Numbered from the stretch's first letter, positions 30,335-40,932 are shown. The stretch is 64,000 nucleotides of DNA from an uncultured Phycisphaerales bacterium (GCA_963755915.1 CAVWLP010000002.1:672001-736000), one strand, 5' to 3'. The notes: a model not told the origin generated them from the letters alone. Numbers and translations: made by a program.

Positions 30335-31540
30335 CTATTGGGGAATAATTTTGACGAACTTTCTGTTGCCGAGTTGAAGGACGGTGGGTTTTTCGAAGGT
30401 GTGTTCCTGGGCGGGGTCGAGAAGTTTCTGGCCATCGATGCGTACGGCGCCTTCGCGGATTTTGCGAATGGCTTCGCTGTTGGAGGCGGCGAGGCCGGCT
30501 TTAACGAGAAGGGGCGGGAGTTTCTGGGGGGTGGGATCGATGGTGATTTCGGGCATTTCGTCGGGAACTCCGCCGTGGGTGGTTTTGACGAATTCGGATT
30601 CGGCGGCGGAGGCGGCGGATGAATCGTGCAGCCAGGTGATGAGGATTTTGGCGAGGGCGACCTTGGCGTCGCGGGGGTTTTTGGAGATGGCGGGGCGGAA
30701 ATGGTCGGGGGATTCGTCGGTTAGGAGGGTGAAGTAGTTTTCGAGCAGGGCATCGGGGAGGCTCATGATTTTGCCAAACATTCCATCCGGGCCGGAGGGG
30801 GGATCGGTGACGGCGATATGGTTGCCTTTGCTCTTGGACATTTTGGCTTTGCCGTCGAGGCCGATGAGGAGGGGCGTGACCATGACGACCTGGGGGTCTT
30901 TGCCTTCCTCCTTCTGGAATTCGCGGCCGACGAGGCTGTTGAAGAGCTGGTCGGAGCCGCCCATTTCAACGTCGGCGTCGATGACGACGCTGTCCCAGCC
31001 CTGGAGGAGTGGGTAGAGGAATTCGTGGATGCGGATGTCGCCGCCGGCCTGGTAACGCTCCTTGAAGCTGTCGCGCTCGAGCATTTGAGCGACAGACTTT
31101 CGGCTGGCGAGCTTGATGAGGTCGATGAGGTTCATGGCGCCGAGCCATTGGCCGTTGTAGCGGACTTCGAGATGTTCGACATCCGTGAGAAGGATTTTGG
31201 CAATTTGGGCGACGTAGGTTTTTGCGTTGGCGTCGATCTGCTGGCCGCTGAGGACGGGTCGGGTGGCGTTTCTGCCGGAGGGATCACCGACGCGGGCGGT
31301 GTAGTCGCCGATGATGAGGACGGCTTTGTGTCCGAATTCCTGGAACTGGCGAATGACTTTGAGAGGGACGACGTGGCCGAGGGTGACGTCGGGTGCGGTG
31401 GGGTCCATGCCGAACTTGATGCGGAGGGGCTTGGCGGATTTTTCGGCGGCGAGGAGTTTTCGACGGAGGTCGTCTTCGGTGAAGATGCGCTCGCAACGGC
31501 GGGAGAGGAGGCGGAGTTGATCGTCGATGGAAGGGGGCAT
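30335..31540 (-). CDS. tyrS: Tyrosine--tRNA ligase
   Basis: KFGMDPTAPDVTLGH, YPLLQGWDS, GGSDQ, KMSKS, C-terminal S4 domain. Confidence 0.97.
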   Translation of the reverse strand: MPPSIDDQLRLLSRRCERIFTEDDLRRKLLAAEKSAKPLRIKFGMDPTAPDVTLGHVVPLKVIRQFQEFGHKAVLIIGDYTARVGDPSGRNATRPVLSGQQIDANAKTYVAQIAKILLTDVEHLEVRYNGQWLGAMNLIDLIKLASRKSVAQMLERDSFKERYQAGGDIRIHEFLYPLLQGWDSVVIDADVEMGGSDQLFNSLVGREFQKEEGKDPQVVMVTPLLIGLDGKAKMSKSKGNHIAVTDPPSGPDGMFGKIMSLPDALLENYFTLLTDESPDHFRPAISKNPRDAKVALAKILITWLHDSSAASAAESEFVKTTHGGVPDEMPEITIDPTPQKLPPLLVKAGLAASNSEAIRKIREGAVRIDGQKLLDPAQEHTFEKPTVLQLGNRKFVKIIPQ

Positions 31541-31774
31541 AGGAGGAGGGGATTTTAGGGGTTGGGGATGGGGGGGGCAAACGGGGGAATGCCGGGTAAT
31601 GGGTTAGTTTGGAATCGATGATGGGAATGCGAGGCATCCCACGGCGGCGCCGTGGGCGTTCCGGGATCAAACTGACTCCCCTACCGATTGCCAAATGCCG
31701 AATGGGAAGGCGGGGGAAATGGCGCGGGGTTGTGGCTGGCTTGCGGAGGAGAGTGGATCGCTTATTCTGCGGCG

Positions 31775-32432
31775 ATGGGTCTGGCGCGGGCGGTGATTTT
31801 TGATTTGGATGAGACGCTGACGGATCGGGGGCTTTCGATCGAGCGATTTGCGCCCTATTTTGCGGCGAAATTTCGATCGGAGCTGGGGGAGGGGGAATTG
31901 GGGGAGATCGTGCGGTGCATTCGGGCGGCGGATGGGAATGGATATGCGTCGAGGGAGGAGTTGTGCGCATATTCAATCGGCGTTGCCGTGGAGGGAGCGG
32001 CCGGAAGTGGGGAAGCTTGTGGAATTCTGGCGGGAGAGGTTTCCGCAGTGCAGCGTGGAGAGGGAGGGGGCGACGGCGACTTTGCGTTCGCTGCGCGATC
32101 GTGGGGTGAGACGGGGATTGATTACCAATGGGCAACCGACGCAGAGGGTGAAGGTGGATGCGATGGGGATAGGGGAGCTGCTGGAGGTAATGGTGATTTC
32201 TGACGAGGTGGGGATGAAGAAGCCGGATCCGCGGATATTTCGGATGGCGCTGGAGCGGCTGGAAGTGGGGGCGGAGGAGGCGGTGTTTGTGGGGGATAAT
32301 TTGGAGCTGGATATTGCGGGGGCACGAGGGGTGGGGATGCGGGCGGTGTGGTTGAATCCGGATGGGAAAGAGGGGGTGGAGGGGGTGGAGATGGTTGGGT
32401 CGTTGGGGGAGATTTTAGCGGTGATTGAGTGA
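31775..32432 (+). CDS. HAD-superfamily hydrolase; frameshift near 31970
   Basis: VIFDLDETL, GLITNG, KKPDPRIF, FVGDNLELDIAGA. Confidence 0.88.
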
Positions 32433-32542
32433 AACGAGGACGCAGCTTGTTAACAACTAATTGCGTCCTCATTTTTTTTTACTCGTTAGGATTCGAAGAC
32501 GCACCGGGCAAGCCCGGCGGCTACACGGGGAGAGGGGGGAAT

Positions 32543-34210
32543 TCATTCCACCGGCTTGGGGATTGGGGTTTCCATCGGGCGTTTCCAGAGGAGATGCAGA
32601 CGCCAGTGCTCGTCGTCGCGGTCAGGATAGTCGAGGCGGTAGTGGGCGCCGCGGCTTTCGGTTCTGGTGTAGGCGGCTGTTGTAATTAAAAAGCAGGTGG
32701 TGAGCATGTTCTGGAGTTCCCAGCCGGGGATGGCTTCTTCGCCGGTTTCGGCGGGGGTGAAGGTTTTGTCCATGACGTAGCGGGACCAGAAGGCGATGAT
32801 TTCGCGGGTTTCGGAAAGGGGTTCGCCGCTGCGTTCGATGGCGCAGTTTCGCCACATGATGCTTCTCAGCGAGCTTTTGACGTCGGGCAGATCGAGCTCG
32901 GTTTTTGTGGAGCGGGGGATGCGGTGCTCGAGGTGATTGGGGAATTTGATTTCGTGAGAGAGGGACCATTGGGCGGCATCTGTGCCGGCGCGAGCGCCGA
33001 AGACGAGGCCTTCGACGAGGGAATTGCTGGCGAGGCGGTTGGCGCCGTGGAGTCCGGAGCAACCGGCTTCGCCGACGGCGTGGAGGCCGGGGAGGGTGGT
33101 TTTGCCGAAGAAATCGCAACTGACGCCGCCGATCATGTAGTGGGTGGCGGGCTGGATGGGGATCAGATCCTTCGCCGGGTTGATGTCGAACTGGGCGAGC
33201 AATTGGGCGAGTTGTGGGAAGCGCTGCTTGAAAGGCTCGGCGGGTAGATGGCGGACATCCAAGTAGACGTGGGTGAAATTTGTTTTGCGGATCTGATTGA
33301 CGATGGCGCGGCTGACGACGTCGCGCGGGGCGAGTTCGGCGGAGGGATGGTATTCCTTCATGAAGCGGTGGCCGTTGCGATCGACGAGATAGGCGCCTTC
33401 GCCGCGGACGGCTTCGGTGATGAGAGTGCGGCTGGCGCCGGCGACGTAGAGCGTTGTCGGGTGGAACTGGACCATCTCCATATCCTGGAGGGCTGCGCCG
33501 GCGCGGTAGGCCATGGCGTGACCGTCGGCGGTGGCGATGCGGGGGTTGGTGGATTCGCGGAAGAGTTGTCCGGCACCGCCGCTGGCGATGATGGTGCGCT
33601 TGGCCCAGATGAGGTTTATCTCGCCTTTTATGGTGGCGAGCGCGCCTACGCACTGGCCCTGGTCGGTCAGGAGATCGATGACGAAAGACATTTCTGAGAC
33701 GCGGATGGTTTCGCGGGTTTTGACGGCGTTGATGAGGGTTTGGGCGAGTTCTTTGCCGGTGGCGTCGCCGTAGGCGTGGACGATGCGGGCGAAGCTGTGA
33801 CCGCCTTCGAGGCCGAAAGAGAGCTCGTGGGCGTTGCCGGCTTGTTTGTCGAAATGGGCGCCCCACTTGAGGAGTTCGAGAACGCGGTTGGGGCCTTCTT
33901 CGACAACGATGTGGACGGCTTTGGGATCGCAGAGGCCGGCGCCGCAGACGAGGGTGTCGTGGACGTGTGATTCGATGCTGTCGGCGGGCTGGAGGACGGC
34001 GGCGATGCCGCCCTGGGCGTACCAGGTGTTGGACTGGTGGAGGGTGTCCTTGGTGAGGACGACGACGTCGGCGCCTTCAGCAGCGGCGGCGATGGCGGCG
34101 CGGAGGCCGGCGACGCCGCCACCAATGACGAGAACATCGGTCACCTGCTGGGTTAGGCGGGAGGCTTTGAAGGGGATGAGGTAGCGACGTTGGGTGAGGG
34201 GCTCGAACAT
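32543..34210 (-). CDS. nadB: L-aspartate oxidase
   Basis: GGGVAGL, YAQGGIA, EGGHS, QFHPT, ITEAVRGEG, ELAPRDVV, GLHGANRLASNSL, ESRGAH. Confidence 0.96.
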   Translation of the reverse strand: MFEPLTQRRYLIPFKASRLTQQVTDVLVIGGGVAGLRAAIAAAAEGADVVVLTKDTLHQSNTWYAQGGIAAVLQPADSIESHVHDTLVCGAGLCDPKAVHIVVEEGPNRVLELLKWGAHFDKQAGNAHELSFGLEGGHSFARIVHAYGDATGKELAQTLINAVKTRETIRVSEMSFVIDLLTDQGQCVGALATIKGEINLIWAKRTIIASGGAGQLFRESTNPRIATADGHAMAYRAGAALQDMEMVQFHPTTLYVAGASRTLITEAVRGEGAYLVDRNGHRFMKEYHPSAELAPRDVVSRAIVNQIRKTNFTHVYLDVRHLPAEPFKQRFPQLAQLLAQFDINPAKDLIPIQPATHYMIGGVSCDFFGKTTLPGLHAVGEAGCSGLHGANRLASNSLVEGLVFGARAGTDAAQWSLSHEIKFPNHLEHRIPRSTKTELDLPDVKSSLRSIMWRNCAIERSGEPLSETREIIAFWSRYVMDKTFTPAETGEEAIPGWELQNMLTTCFLITTAAYTRTESRGAHYRLDYPDRDDEHWRLHLLWKRPMETPIPKPVE

Positions 34211-34222
34211 TCGTGCGGCCGA

Positions 34223-35005
34223 TCAGGTGAGGCGGCCATGATACAGTTTCGTGGTGTAGGGCTGCACTACTTTTCCGTTTTCTGCGAAGCGATTGAAGAT
34301 TTCGCGGAGGCGGGCGAGCATTTTATCGCAGCCGGGTTGGCCGGGGAGGGGGAGATAGGATGAAGAGAGGGCGCGGGCGATGAGGTGGTCGAGATCGAGG
34401 GGCTGGGGGTTTTCGAAGGTTTGGAGCTTGAAGGAGCCGGGGGAGAAGAATTCGGTAATGGCTGGAGAATCGGGGCCGGTGTATTGCTCGTGGTGGACTT
34501 TGTGCCAGTCGGTTTCGAATTCGCGCACGACAGAATCATAGGCGGCGGAAAAACCGTCGGCAGAATCGACCTTTGCGCGGTCGTTCCAGATGAGGAGGAC
34601 CTGGCCGGCGGGTTTGAGGATGCGCAGGAATTCGGTGCGGGCGCGGGGGCGGTCGAACCAGTGGAAGGCCTGGCCGGCGAGGATGAAATCGACGGATTGC
34701 GCCAACAAAGTCGTGGCTTCGGCGGTGGCGGGGATGCTGTGGAAATTTTTAAATTGGGAGAGGGATTTTTCGGCCTGGCGGCGCATGGGTTCGTTGGGTT
34801 CGACGGCGAAAACTGGGTTGCCGTTTTCGAGGAAAAGTTCGGTGAGGATGCCGGTGCCGGAGCCGATGTCGGCGATTTCGTGCTGAGGTTTCAGGTCCAG
34901 ATTGGTTTTGCAGAAATCGAGGAGGGCGCGCGGATATCGTGGTCTGGATTTGGCGTAGTAGTCGGCGCGGGTGGAGAAACGCTGGGTTGGGTCCTGCGTA
35001 GGCAC
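34223..35005 (-). CDS. Class I SAM-dependent methyltransferase
   Basis: RFSTRADYYAKSRPRYP, ADIGSGTG, AGQAFHWFD. Confidence 0.9.
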   Translation of the reverse strand: MPTQDPTQRFSTRADYYAKSRPRYPRALLDFCKTNLDLKPQHEIADIGSGTGILTELFLENGNPVFAVEPNEPMRRQAEKSLSQFKNFHSIPATAEATTLLAQSVDFILAGQAFHWFDRPRARTEFLRILKPAGQVLLIWNDRAKVDSADGFSAAYDSVVREFETDWHKVHHEQYTGPDSPAITEFFSPGSFKLQTFENPQPLDLDHLIARALSSSYLPLPGQPGCDKMLARLREIFNRFAENGKVVQPYTTKLYHGRLT

Positions 35006-35006
35006 G

Positions 35007-35594
35007 TCAGGCCCCTTCGCGGGTGACGATCTTAAAGTTTTCGCGTTCACCGACGCCCTGAGCGGGGTAGTCTTTGCGGAGCGGATAACTGCCGAAGCCG
35101 CTCCAGGTGAGGATTCTGCGGAGGTCGGGGTGACCGACGAAGATGATGCCGATCATGTCGTAGACTTCGCGTTCCATCCATTCGGCGCCGGGCCAGATGG
35201 AGGTGACGCTATCGACTTTGAGGGCGGGGTCGCCTTTTTCCATGATCTCTTCGTCGCGCGGGGCGGTTTTGGGGAGGGTGGAAAGCGTGGGATCGAAGAA
35301 GACCTTGAGCCAGAGGCGATTGTTGTGGGGGATGCTGGTGAGGCCGTAGTTGACGGCGAAGCGATGCTGAGCGCCGGGGTAGTTGAGGTAATCGACGCCG
35401 TTGACTTCGGCGAGCATGTCGTAGCGGAGGGTGGGCTCGTCGCGGAGGAAGGTGCAGACGGGGAGGATGTGCTCGCGCGGGACGACGAGGGTGACCATGT
35501 CGCGGAGCTCGCCGACGAAGAATTTTGTGTCGGGGAATTTTTCCTTGAGGGGGGCAAGGGCGGGGTGGGTGATGGTGCGGTGGTGAGGGGGCAT
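35007..35594 (-). CDS. nuoC: NADH-quinone oxidoreductase subunit C
   Basis: GVDYL, SIWPGAEWMEREVYDMIGIIFVGHPDLRRIL, YPLRKDYP. Confidence 0.93.
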   Translation of the reverse strand: MPPHHRTITHPALAPLKEKFPDTKFFVGELRDMVTLVVPREHILPVCTFLRDEPTLRYDMLAEVNGVDYLNYPGAQHRFAVNYGLTSIPHNNRLWLKVFFDPTLSTLPKTAPRDEEIMEKGDPALKVDSVTSIWPGAEWMEREVYDMIGIIFVGHPDLRRILTWSGFGSYPLRKDYPAQGVGERENFKIVTREGA

Positions 35595-35602
35595 ATGTGG
35601 GA

Positions 35603-35630
35603 ATGGTAGGGATGGGAGGGGGAGCGTCAA
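35603..35630 (-). promoter_or_regulatory. Sigma70-like promoter directly upstream of nuoC (near-leaderless)
   Basis: Minus strand reads TTGACG-16 nt-TACCAT-8 nt-ATG. Confidence 0.55.
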
Positions 35631-35664
35631 GATTGCCTATTGCCTATTGCCTATTGAATTGCTT

Positions 35665-36777
35665 TCAGCGGACCAGGTCGGCGATGGCTTTGGCGACGGC
35701 TTCGGCGGCGTCGGGGCGGCCGAGGGTTTTGGCGGTTTCGGACATTTTTTGGCGGCGGGGGCCGTCGTAGAGGAGGGATTCGAGGATGGGGCGGAGTTTT
35801 TGGGAGTTTTTGGTGGGGTCTTTTTCGTCGTCCATGAGAATCGCCGCGCCGGCGTCTGCCAAGACTTTGGCGTTGGCGCGTTGGTGGAGGTCTTTGTGGA
35901 AGGGGTAGGGCATGAGGATGGAGGGGACGCCGCAGGCGGTGAGTTCGGCGCAACTGCTGGCGCCGGAGCGGCTGACGGTGAGGTCGGCGACGGCCCAGAC
36001 GTCGGCCATGTCGGGGGTGAAGTCGATGACGCGGGCGGGGATATTTTTTTCGCGATAGCCGGCGCGGACTTCTTCGCCGTGCTCGCGGCCGGCGAGGTGG
36101 AGGATCTGCCAGCCGTTGAGCTTGATGCTGGCGGCGAGGACGATCATGGCGGCGTTGATGGTGACGGCGCCCTGGCTTGCGCCGGTGACGACGAGGGTGT
36201 GGAGCATGGGGTCGATGGCGAGGTGGGCGGCGGCGGCGGCACGCGCGGGAAAGGTGCGGATGTCTTTGCGGATGGGGCAGCCGGTGATTTTTACCTTCGG
36301 GCGATCTTTGGAAGGAATGTGCTGGATCGACTGCTCGAACTGGCAGCAGATGAGGCGGCAATGGGGCATGAGGTAGCGATTGGCTTTGCCGGGGATGACG
36401 TCGGGGTTGAGGATGGCGGTGGGGATTTTTTTTCGAGCGGCGGATCGGACGGCGGTTCCGGCGGCGTAACCGCCGAGGCCAACGACGACGGCGGGTTTGC
36501 GGTCTGCGAGAATTTCGCCGACGAGGGCGCGGGTTTGTCGCCAGGTGACGATGACTTTGAGGACGTCGGCGAAGCGCGGGGGGACGATGGGCTGGGGAAT
36601 GAATTCGAAACCGGTGGGGGTGAGGATGACGCGATCGATTTCGCGGGTGGTGCAGAGGAAGAGGGGGCGTGCTGTTGGGAGCACGGATCTCAGCGCCTCG
36701 GCGACGGCGATGCCGGGGTATAGATGGCCGCCGGTGCCGCCGCCGGCGAGGATGATCGTGATGGGGGAATCGGGCAC
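35665..36777 (-). CDS. murG: MurG lipid II GlcNAc transferase (GT28)
   Basis: AGGGTGGHLYPGIAVA, GLGGYA, PGKANR, TGCPIR, GASQGA, SRSGASS, HQRANA. Confidence 0.95.
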   Translation of the reverse strand: MPDSPITIILAGGGTGGHLYPGIAVAEALRSVLPTARPLFLCTTREIDRVILTPTGFEFIPQPIVPPRFADVLKVIVTWRQTRALVGEILADRKPAVVVGLGGYAAGTAVRSAARKKIPTAILNPDVIPGKANRYLMPHCRLICCQFEQSIQHIPSKDRPKVKITGCPIRKDIRTFPARAAAAAHLAIDPMLHTLVVTGASQGAVTINAAMIVLAASIKLNGWQILHLAGREHGEEVRAGYREKNIPARVIDFTPDMADVWAVADLTVSRSGASSCAELTACGVPSILMPYPFHKDLHQRANAKVLADAGAAILMDDEKDPTKNSQKLRPILESLLYDGPRRQKMSETAKTLGRPDAAEAVAKAIADLVR

Positions 36778-36869
36778 TTGGAGAGGAGGATATCGGATTC
36801 GCGTTCGAGTGCGAACGAATCTAAAGGGCGCGATATGGACGATTTTTCGTTATGGGACGGGAGGGTGGA

Positions 36870-36986
36870 ATTCCGAAACCAGAAACCAGAATGGCGAATC
36901 AAATCCGAAACCCGAATGACTGAATTTTGTTTGTCATTCGTCATTCGGGCTTGATTCGGTATTCGGATTTCTGGTTTCGGGATTCC
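36870..36986. repeat. About 120-bp imperfect inverted-repeat element built from 7-nt units, copy 1
   Basis: ccgaaaccagaaaccagaat..gaatcaaatccgaaacccgaatgac / gtcattcgggcttgattcggtattcggatttctggtttcgg. Confidence 0.8.
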
Positions 36987-36988
36987 GT

Positions 36989-37558
36989 TTAGTCGCCGTG
37001 TATCTGTCGCAGGCGGGGGCTGAGGCGGAGCATGAGGTGGATGCGCTCGATTTCGGTGAGCCAGTCGGCCAGGGTCGCGTCGATCTCTGCCTGATCGGGC
37101 GCGACGATGCCGGTGGGGCACTGGGGATCGAGGTAGCGTTTGGCGAAGATGCGGTAGCGGGAGATGGTGCGCTCGCCGTAGGCGCCGCAGAATTCGAAAT
37201 CCTCGGCGAGGAAAATCAGGACGGGGATGCGGTCGCCGGCATTGAGGCGGAATTGATCGGCGAGGTCGCGATGCTGGTCGCGGTCGAGAATTCGCAGGGG
37301 GAGTTTTTCGGGGTTGGATTCGGAAATGCGCGCGATGAGCGGGCACTGCTGGACGCAGTCGCCGCACCAGATGCCGCTGATGAGCAGGAGGTTTAGCTGG
37401 CGGGTGAAGCTTTTGACGAGCGACTGCTGGGCGGAAGTGAGGCGGGCCATGTCGTAGACCTGGGTCCAGCGGCGGCGCTGCTCTTCGGTGCCGGTTTGGA
37501 GGTAGTCGGGGTAGGTGAGGGCGGAGGAGAATTTGTCGGAGAAGTATTGGGGGGTCAT
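36989..37558 (-). CDS. Thioredoxin-family protein (WCGDC)
   Basis: LLISGIWCGDCVQQCP, RIPVLIF. Confidence 0.85.
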   Translation of the reverse strand: MTPQYFSDKFSSALTYPDYLQTGTEEQRRRWTQVYDMARLTSAQQSLVKSFTRQLNLLLISGIWCGDCVQQCPLIARISESNPEKLPLRILDRDQHRDLADQFRLNAGDRIPVLIFLAEDFEFCGAYGERTISRYRIFAKRYLDPQCPTGIVAPDQAEIDATLADWLTEIERIHLMLRLSPRLRQIHGD

Positions 37559-37574
37559 GGGGAAATTATAGGGA

Positions 37575-37700
37575 AGCTCGAAACCAGAAATCCGAATTCC
37601 GAATCAAATCCGAATGACGAATGACCGAAGGGGCCAAGATAAAATTCGTCATTCGGGTTTCGGGCTTGATTCGGTATTCTGGTTTCGGGCTTCGAATTTC
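37575..37700. repeat. Inverted-repeat element, copy 2, overlapping the 3' end of the lipoprotein gene
   Basis: cgaaaccagaaatccgaattccgaatcaaatccgaatgacgaat / attcgtcattcgggtttcgggcttgattcggtattctggtttcg. Confidence 0.8.
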
Positions 37701-38320
37701 CCATTCACGCGGTTTCGGACGGCGTGGGCGAGTTGCTCTTCCATCGCGGCGTCTCGGCCCATTGCAAACCAGTATCGGTTGGGGACGACGACGCCCTGGT
37801 CGGTGGTGCGGTTGGGTTGCTCGCCGAGGTTGACGAAGGCCTGGGTGTACTGATATTGCGCGGTGAGGCGGCGCTCGGGGTGGGAGGACTGTTCGACGAG
37901 GACCTTGGGGGAGGCGATGAAGGAGCCGTCGGGCTGGCGGGAGATGTCGAAGCGGATGGTGCGGCGGACGGTTTGGAGAGAATCCAAAAGGATTGCGTCG
38001 ATGGTGCCGGCGTCGCTGCGCCAGGGTTCGAAGAATTGCTTGGAGATCATGGGGAAGGTTGTGAGGACGCCGAGGCGCTGGTCTTGCTCGTCGATATCGA
38101 ATTGGTCAAACAGCAGCGTTTGGGTGCAGGCGTTCCAGAGGGCGAAAAAGTTGGGCGAGGTGACGGAAAACTGGGCGGGCTGGGCGAGCCAGTAGTCGGC
38201 GGTGCCTTCTTTGGCGGGCATCGCGGTGAGCGCCGGCTGGGTTGTGGGGGCGGTGCTATTGGCGCAGGCGAAGAGAGTGGAAAATACAGAGAGAGCGACG
38301 AGGAGGGACAGGAATTTCAT
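37649..38320 (-). CDS. Hypothetical lipoprotein
   Basis: MKFL...LFAC lipobox, APTTQP linker, QFFEPWRSD...SLQTVRR; ATGA overlap with the pyk stop. Confidence 0.7.
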   Translation of the reverse strand: MKFLSLLVALSVFSTLFACANSTAPTTQPALTAMPAKEGTADYWLAQPAQFSVTSPNFFALWNACTQTLLFDQFDIDEQDQRLGVLTTFPMISKQFFEPWRSDAGTIDAILLDSLQTVRRTIRFDISRQPDGSFIASPKVLVEQSSHPERRLTAQYQYTQAFVNLGEQPNRTTDQGVVVPNRYWFAMGRDAAMEEQLAHAVRNRVNGKFEARNQNTESSPKPE

Positions 38321-39813
38321 GGTTGCTGTGCGACGGCCTGTGCGAGTGGCGGGGATTCGACTTCGCCGGTCCAGCGTTCGCCGATGGTGTGGAGGATGAT
38401 TCCGTTGAGGGTTCCGGGGGTGCCGAGGGCGGCGCCGGCGACGATGATGATGCGGTCGCCGAGGGCGGCGAATTTACGGTCGCGGGCGAGGGAATCGATG
38501 GCGTCGACGAGATCGAGCATGGTTTGCGGGGGTGACATTTCGTGGGGGATGACGCCGAAGTGGAGGGACATTTTTCGCAGCACGCGGTGGTCGCTGGAGA
38601 GGGCGACGAGGGGGACGGGGAAGCGGCTCTTGGAGAAGATGCGAGCGGTGGCGCCGGTCTGGCTCCAGATGACGACGAGCTTGACCTTGAGGTCGGCGAC
38701 CATGTCGCGGACGCCGTGGGCGATGGCGGAGGAGAATCGCAGGGTGGATGAGACGGGTTTGCCCCTGGGGAACGGCGCGGCGCCGGAACTGATGAGATAT
38801 TCCTCGGTGACCTTGGCGACGTGTGACATGGTGTGGACGGAGCCGAGGGGGAATTTTCCGACGGAGGTTTCGCCGCTGAGCATGACGGCGTCGGTGCCGT
38901 CGAAGATGGCGTTGGCGACGTCGCTGACCTCGGCGCGGGTGGGGCTGGCCTGCTCGATCATGGACTGGAGCATTTGCGTGGCGACGATGACGGGCTTGCC
39001 GGAGGTCTGGCAGCGGCGAACGAGCTCTTTCTGGATGATGGGGACCTGGGCGACGTCCATTTCGACGCCGAGGTCGCCGCGGGCGATCATCAGGCCGTCG
39101 GAGGCGTCGAGAATGTCGTCGATCTGATCGAGCGCCTCGGCTTTTTCGATCTTGGCGATGAGATGAATGTCGGCGGCTTTATTTTGCAGATGCTCGCGAA
39201 GGAGGAGAATGTCCTGGGCGTATCGGACGAAGGAGAGGGCGAGGTAATCGAGATCATTTTCGATGGCCCAGTCGACGCATTCCCAATCGCGATCGGTGAC
39301 GGCGGGGACGTTGACGCGGCTGTCGGGAAGGTTGATGCCTTTTGAGGTTCGGAGGATGCCGCCGATGGTGCAGTTGCAGCGGAGCTCGCCGAAATTTTTC
39401 TCGGTGCAAATAAATCGGAGCAAGCCGTCTTCGACGAGGAGGCGATGGCCGACCTGGACGTCGTCGATGAGGTTGGCGTAGATGCTGCTGACGCGGCGGT
39501 TTTTGCCGAGGATGGGGGCGCGCTGGATGACGAGTTCGTCACCGACGGCGATGGGCATGCCATCGCAGCCGTCGTGGGCGGCGATTTGGCCGAGGCGGAT
39601 CTTGGGGCCGCAGAGGTCGCCGAGGACGGCGATGGGCTGGCTCCAGCGAACGGCGGCTTCGCGGATGTTGCGGAGCATCTGGAGGTGTGAATCGAGATCG
39701 CCGTGGGAGAAATTGAGTCGGCAGACATCGACGCCGGCCTGGAAAAGGGAATAGAGGGTTTCGACATCGCCGCAGGCGGGACCCATGGTGGCGACAATTT
39801 TGGTACGGATCAT
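38317..39813 (-). CDS. pyk: Pyruvate kinase
   Basis: RTKIVATMGPA, RLNFSHG, IAKIEK, MIARGDLGVE, VATQMLQSM, PTRAEVSDVANA, MLSGET. Confidence 0.97.
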   Translation of the reverse strand: MIRTKIVATMGPACGDVETLYSLFQAGVDVCRLNFSHGDLDSHLQMLRNIREAAVRWSQPIAVLGDLCGPKIRLGQIAAHDGCDGMPIAVGDELVIQRAPILGKNRRVSSIYANLIDDVQVGHRLLVEDGLLRFICTEKNFGELRCNCTIGGILRTSKGINLPDSRVNVPAVTDRDWECVDWAIENDLDYLALSFVRYAQDILLLREHLQNKAADIHLIAKIEKAEALDQIDDILDASDGLMIARGDLGVEMDVAQVPIIQKELVRRCQTSGKPVIVATQMLQSMIEQASPTRAEVSDVANAIFDGTDAVMLSGETSVGKFPLGSVHTMSHVAKVTEEYLISSGAAPFPRGKPVSSTLRFSSAIAHGVRDMVADLKVKLVVIWSQTGATARIFSKSRFPVPLVALSSDHRVLRKMSLHFGVIPHEMSPPQTMLDLVDAIDSLARDRKFAALGDRIIIVAGAALGTPGTLNGIILHTIGERWTGEVESPPLAQAVAQQP

Positions 39814-40071
39814 GTGGTTAACTCACGTCTGGTTCTGGGGAGTAAATCATACGCGCGGAGCGAGGGGCCCGCTACGGGGTTGATCGGCGCGAGGGGGGAA
39901 ATACCGCGAAGAAATTGGCAGAAATGGGGATTTTCTTTGTGCGCTTTGGGTGTTTGGGATTGTTGGGCTTGTGTTAAATGGGGATTTTGGAGTGCGGGGA
40001 AATGCGAATTGGCCACAGATTTAAATCAGATGCACTGACCTTCCCCACGTTCGGTGGGCGCGGCCAAATCG

Positions 40072-40932
40072 TCAGTTCAGGCTGGCCTCGAACGCTTCGG
40101 GGCTTTGGTAGCCTATCGCCGAGTGACGTCTCTGGCGATTGTAAAACACTTCAATGTACTCAAAGATCGAACGCCGAGCCTCCGCTTGCGTTGCGTAGTG
40201 CTCGTGATAAATGAGCTCCGTCTTCAGCGTGCTGAAAAAGCTCTCCATCACCGCGTTGTCGTAGCAATTGCCGGTGCGGCTCATGCTCCGCTCCATCCCA
40301 TGCTCCGCCAGCATCTGTCGATAAGTCTCGCAGGCGTATTGGACACCGCGATCGGAGTGGTGCAGCAAACCTCGCTCCGGTCGGCGATGTGTCAGCGCCA
40401 TCGATATCGCTTCCAGACACAGCTCACTTCGCAGATGATCGGCCATCGACCAGCCGACTATTTTCCGACTGCACAGGTCGATCACGGCCGCCAGGTATAG
40501 GAATCCTTCATCCGTCGGAACGTAGGTGATGTCGCAGCACCACTTGCGGTTGGGCGCCTCAGTTGCGAACTGGCGGTCCAGCACATTGGCCGCGACCGGC
40601 TCATCGTGATTCGAATCGGTGGTATGGACGACGAATCGCCGGCGAATCCGCGATTGCAATCCGGCCTGTTTCATCAGACGCGCCACCGTGTTCACGCAGA
40701 CGCTCACCTGCCGATCCGCCAGCTCCGCGTGCACCCGCGGGCTGCCGTAGGTATAGCGACTCTCCTCATGAACCTCGCGGATCTTCTCAGTCAGCTCTTC
40801 CCGGCGCTTGTGCCGCGGGCTGGCTGGACGTTTCAGCCAGGCGTAATACCCGCTGCGGCTGACTTCCAGCGCATCGCACAATGCGGCCAGATCGAACGGG
40901 TCCCGATGTTCTTTGATCCAGGCGAATCTCAT
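40072..40932 (-). CDS. IS3 OrfB, DDE integrase-core transposase
   Basis: YGSPRV, WCCDITYV, HHSDRGVQY, GNCYDNAVMESFFSTLKTE, FYNRQRRHS; ATGA overlap with the orfA stop. Confidence 0.95.
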   Translation of the reverse strand: MRFAWIKEHRDPFDLAALCDALEVSRSGYYAWLKRPASPRHKRREELTEKIREVHEESRYTYGSPRVHAELADRQVSVCVNTVARLMKQAGLQSRIRRRFVVHTTDSNHDEPVAANVLDRQFATEAPNRKWCCDITYVPTDEGFLYLAAVIDLCSRKIVGWSMADHLRSELCLEAISMALTHRRPERGLLHHSDRGVQYACETYRQMLAEHGMERSMSRTGNCYDNAVMESFFSTLKTELIYHEHYATQAEARRSIFEYIEVFYNRQRRHSAIGYQSPEAFEASLN

